A stretch of DNA of 64,000 nucleotides from Mobula hypostoma. Lineage: Eukaryota. Under the pieces are notes generated by a model, which made no database searches, was not told where the DNA came from, and saw nothing but the letters and a program-made list of their open reading frames with translations. Positions 62,067 to 64,000 of the stretch are shown here, piece after piece (position 1 is the first letter of the stretch; every line of letters begins with the position of its first letter). The position numbers and the translations under genes are program-made. The stretch covers positions 7,998,001-8,062,000 of the forward strand of contig NC_086097.1 in the NCBI RefSeq assembly GCF_963921235.1, written 5' to 3'.

Positions 62067-63257
62067 TCCTGTACACAATAGTTTGATTTATGAAGGTTAA
62101 TGTGCCAAAAGCTTTCATTAGAACCCTAGTAACCTTTGATGCCACTTTCAATGAATTATGGACCTGTATTTCCAGATACCTTTGTTCTACCATACTCATC
62201 AGTGCCCTACCACTCACAGTATAAGACCTATACTTGTTAGGGCTACTGAAGTGCAATACCTCGCACTTGTCGGCATTAAATTCAATTACGTCTGCCATTT
62301 TTTCAGCCAATTTTTCCAGATGGTCCATATCCCACTGCAAGCCATGATAATCTTCCTTGCTGTTCACTACACCCTCAATTTTTTTAGGTATAGATAAAGA
62401 GAAGTCAATTTTTTTAGACCAGCAATTAGGAATATTATCACAGCCAGTACTTTTCGACTGGTGGGTATATTTTATAACCTCTTTCAGCAAATCCATTTTA
62501 AGCTCAGGTGTTTGCATTTCTTCAATCATGTGTGTGTGTTCTTTTCCCTCCCCAATCCAGCTTGCTCCTTGACTGTGTGTCACCCTATTTGACTGGATAT
62601 TAGAACAAACTTTCATTAACTCCGTGTTTGTTCGTAATTCTGTGCTAGGGTTGGTGATATTTTTGTTCATCAAATTTAGTTTTAATGTCCTATATAAACC
62701 TTTTTCATTGTTTTTGAACTGATAGTTCTGTTTTCTTCATCCGGTGCATTCCATGTATCTATTTAGTCTGGTTTTGTATGCACCAAGCTTTTGTTTTAAT
62801 GTATCTATAAACTCCACAGTGCTTTTGCTAGGTTGGTCATATCTTGTGTGGACTTTATATTTCCTTACTATTTCCTGAACTTTTCTCTTACCTTTCTTAT
62901 TCTTGTTCTTCTTTGAGCACATCTACATAAAACACTATTGTAGGAAAACAGCATCCATCATCAGAGATCCCCACCACCCAAGTCCTGTTCTCTTCTAATT
63001 GCTGCCATCAGAAAGAAGGTAAAAGAGCTTCAGGACTTGCACCAGGTTCAAAAACAGTTATTACCTCTCAACCATCAGGCTCTTGAATAGAAGGGGATAA
63101 AAACCCTCCCTTGCCCTGTCATTGAAATGTTTCTACAATTAATAATCTCATTTTAAGGACTCTTTATCTCATTATCTCATGGTCTCGTTATTTATATTCG
63201 CATTTGCACAGTTTGTTGTTCCTGCACTCTGGTTGATCTTTCATTGATCCTGTTATA

Positions 63258-63372
63258 GTTCTTCATCTTCTGCTTCATCTTCATCTTCTTCTGCTTCTTC
63301 TTCTTCTTCTTCTTCTTCTTCTTCTGCTTCTTCTTCTTATTATTATTCTTATTCTTCTTATTATTATTATTA
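63258..63372. repeat. Compound (TTC)n/(TTA)n microsatellite
   Basis: Directly visible. Confidence 0.95.
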
Positions 63373-64000
63373 ATGAGGAAAAAGACTTCATGTTGAATCC
63401 TGTCTTGGATGTCATTACAGAAATAACTTAGGGAATTAATTCCACTAATCGACTTCATCTCTTTGTCCACCTCAAGTCATTTTATAATACTTTGCTATTT
63501 TTTCCCGTAACATTAGTTACCTAGTAATTTCTAAAGTAGGGACATGTTCGGCACAACTTTGTGGGCCAAAGGGCCTGTATTGTGCTGTAGGTTTTCTATG
63601 TTTCTATGTTTCTATTAATATAACAGCAATGTAAATATCAGTGATTTTTCAGCTGTAGGATTCAGTTAGTATTGTCAGCAAGTATTTCAATCGGAAACTG
63701 GAATTTTCAGTGTCCATAAACCCGGTTTTGAATGTGGATATAAATCACATCTAGGTTTGTCACTTTTGCAGGATATCCAAGTATTTTGCAGGATATTACA
63801 GGACACTGCTAAGGGAAAATAAATCAACAGGTCCTCATGTGTAAGTGATTTTATGCTCCAAGGCTACTGCTGCATTGTCTTGAAGAGGAAATACGGCTGT
63901 CGTTAGCTAATTGTTAAATGGGTGTATTTAATTTTGAGAATTTCAGAAAAATGCACTCCAAACAGCACAGACAGCTGTCTAATTGTGTTCATGCCCACTT

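Larger units (their letters stand above)
61241..62380 (-). mobile_element. CR1 LINE 3' part inserted in the R4-like element
   Basis: EFNADKCEVLHF..EQR.L..QVH.SLKVA. (TATGACTC)n tail at 61241-61260. Confidence 0.9.
59990..62925 (-). mobile_element. R4/Dong (Rex6-like) clade RLE non-LTR retrotransposon, degraded
   Basis: Colinear minus-strand motifs: LKQKLGAYKTRLNRY..RKQN..F; KSTGCDNIPNCW; PSKYHPCL; EQKGC..GCKEQL.ID; IF*GD.LSPL.FCLALNPLS; LYMDEMKLY; C..LAQSDFIHRHNQV; QPDI...DK...LIDIAIP; LKEEIERLW..V.IVP..LQK. Confidence 0.85.

Noticed and set aside
63192..63470. ORF with poly-Lys/Asn tract
   Set aside because: Translation of the (TTC)n/(TTA)n microsatellite.
63772..63846. Possible exon (TTTTGCAG ... 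GTAAGT)
   Set aside because: Splice-like signals are present with one open frame, but the peptide is unrecognised and has no partner exons. Such signals are expected by chance.

Overview
Eukaryotic, transposon-saturated intronic or intergenic DNA. The repeat repertoire (CR1 LINEs with 8-nt tails, HE1/V-type SINEs, Rex1/Babar LINEs) suggests a cartilaginous fish, which is inference only. I found no host protein-coding exon, rRNA, tRNA gene or CRISPR array that I can support. Nearly all listed ORFs are decayed retroelement fragments or their antisense shadows. The most interesting signal is a Penelope-like (GIY-YIG) retroelement 3' end/pLTR family with about 17 fragments. It carries a minimal type I hammerhead ribozyme (AGTC-CTGANGA-stem II-GAAA-CGTC-GACT), apparently intact at 28046, 32418(-) and 61971. 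It inserts as fold-back palindromes with target-site duplications and decays mostly at CpG sites in the catalytic core. Also present are a decayed R4/Dong(Rex6)-clade restriction-like-endonuclease retrotransposon (about 60.0-62.9 kb, minus strand), fold-back mariner MITEs built from transposase 3' ends, hAT and Tc1 MITEs, RTE-derived non-autonomous elements, solo LTRs and multi-layer nested insertions. Boundaries were read by eye and may be off by tens of bp unless a TSD or TIR is quoted.
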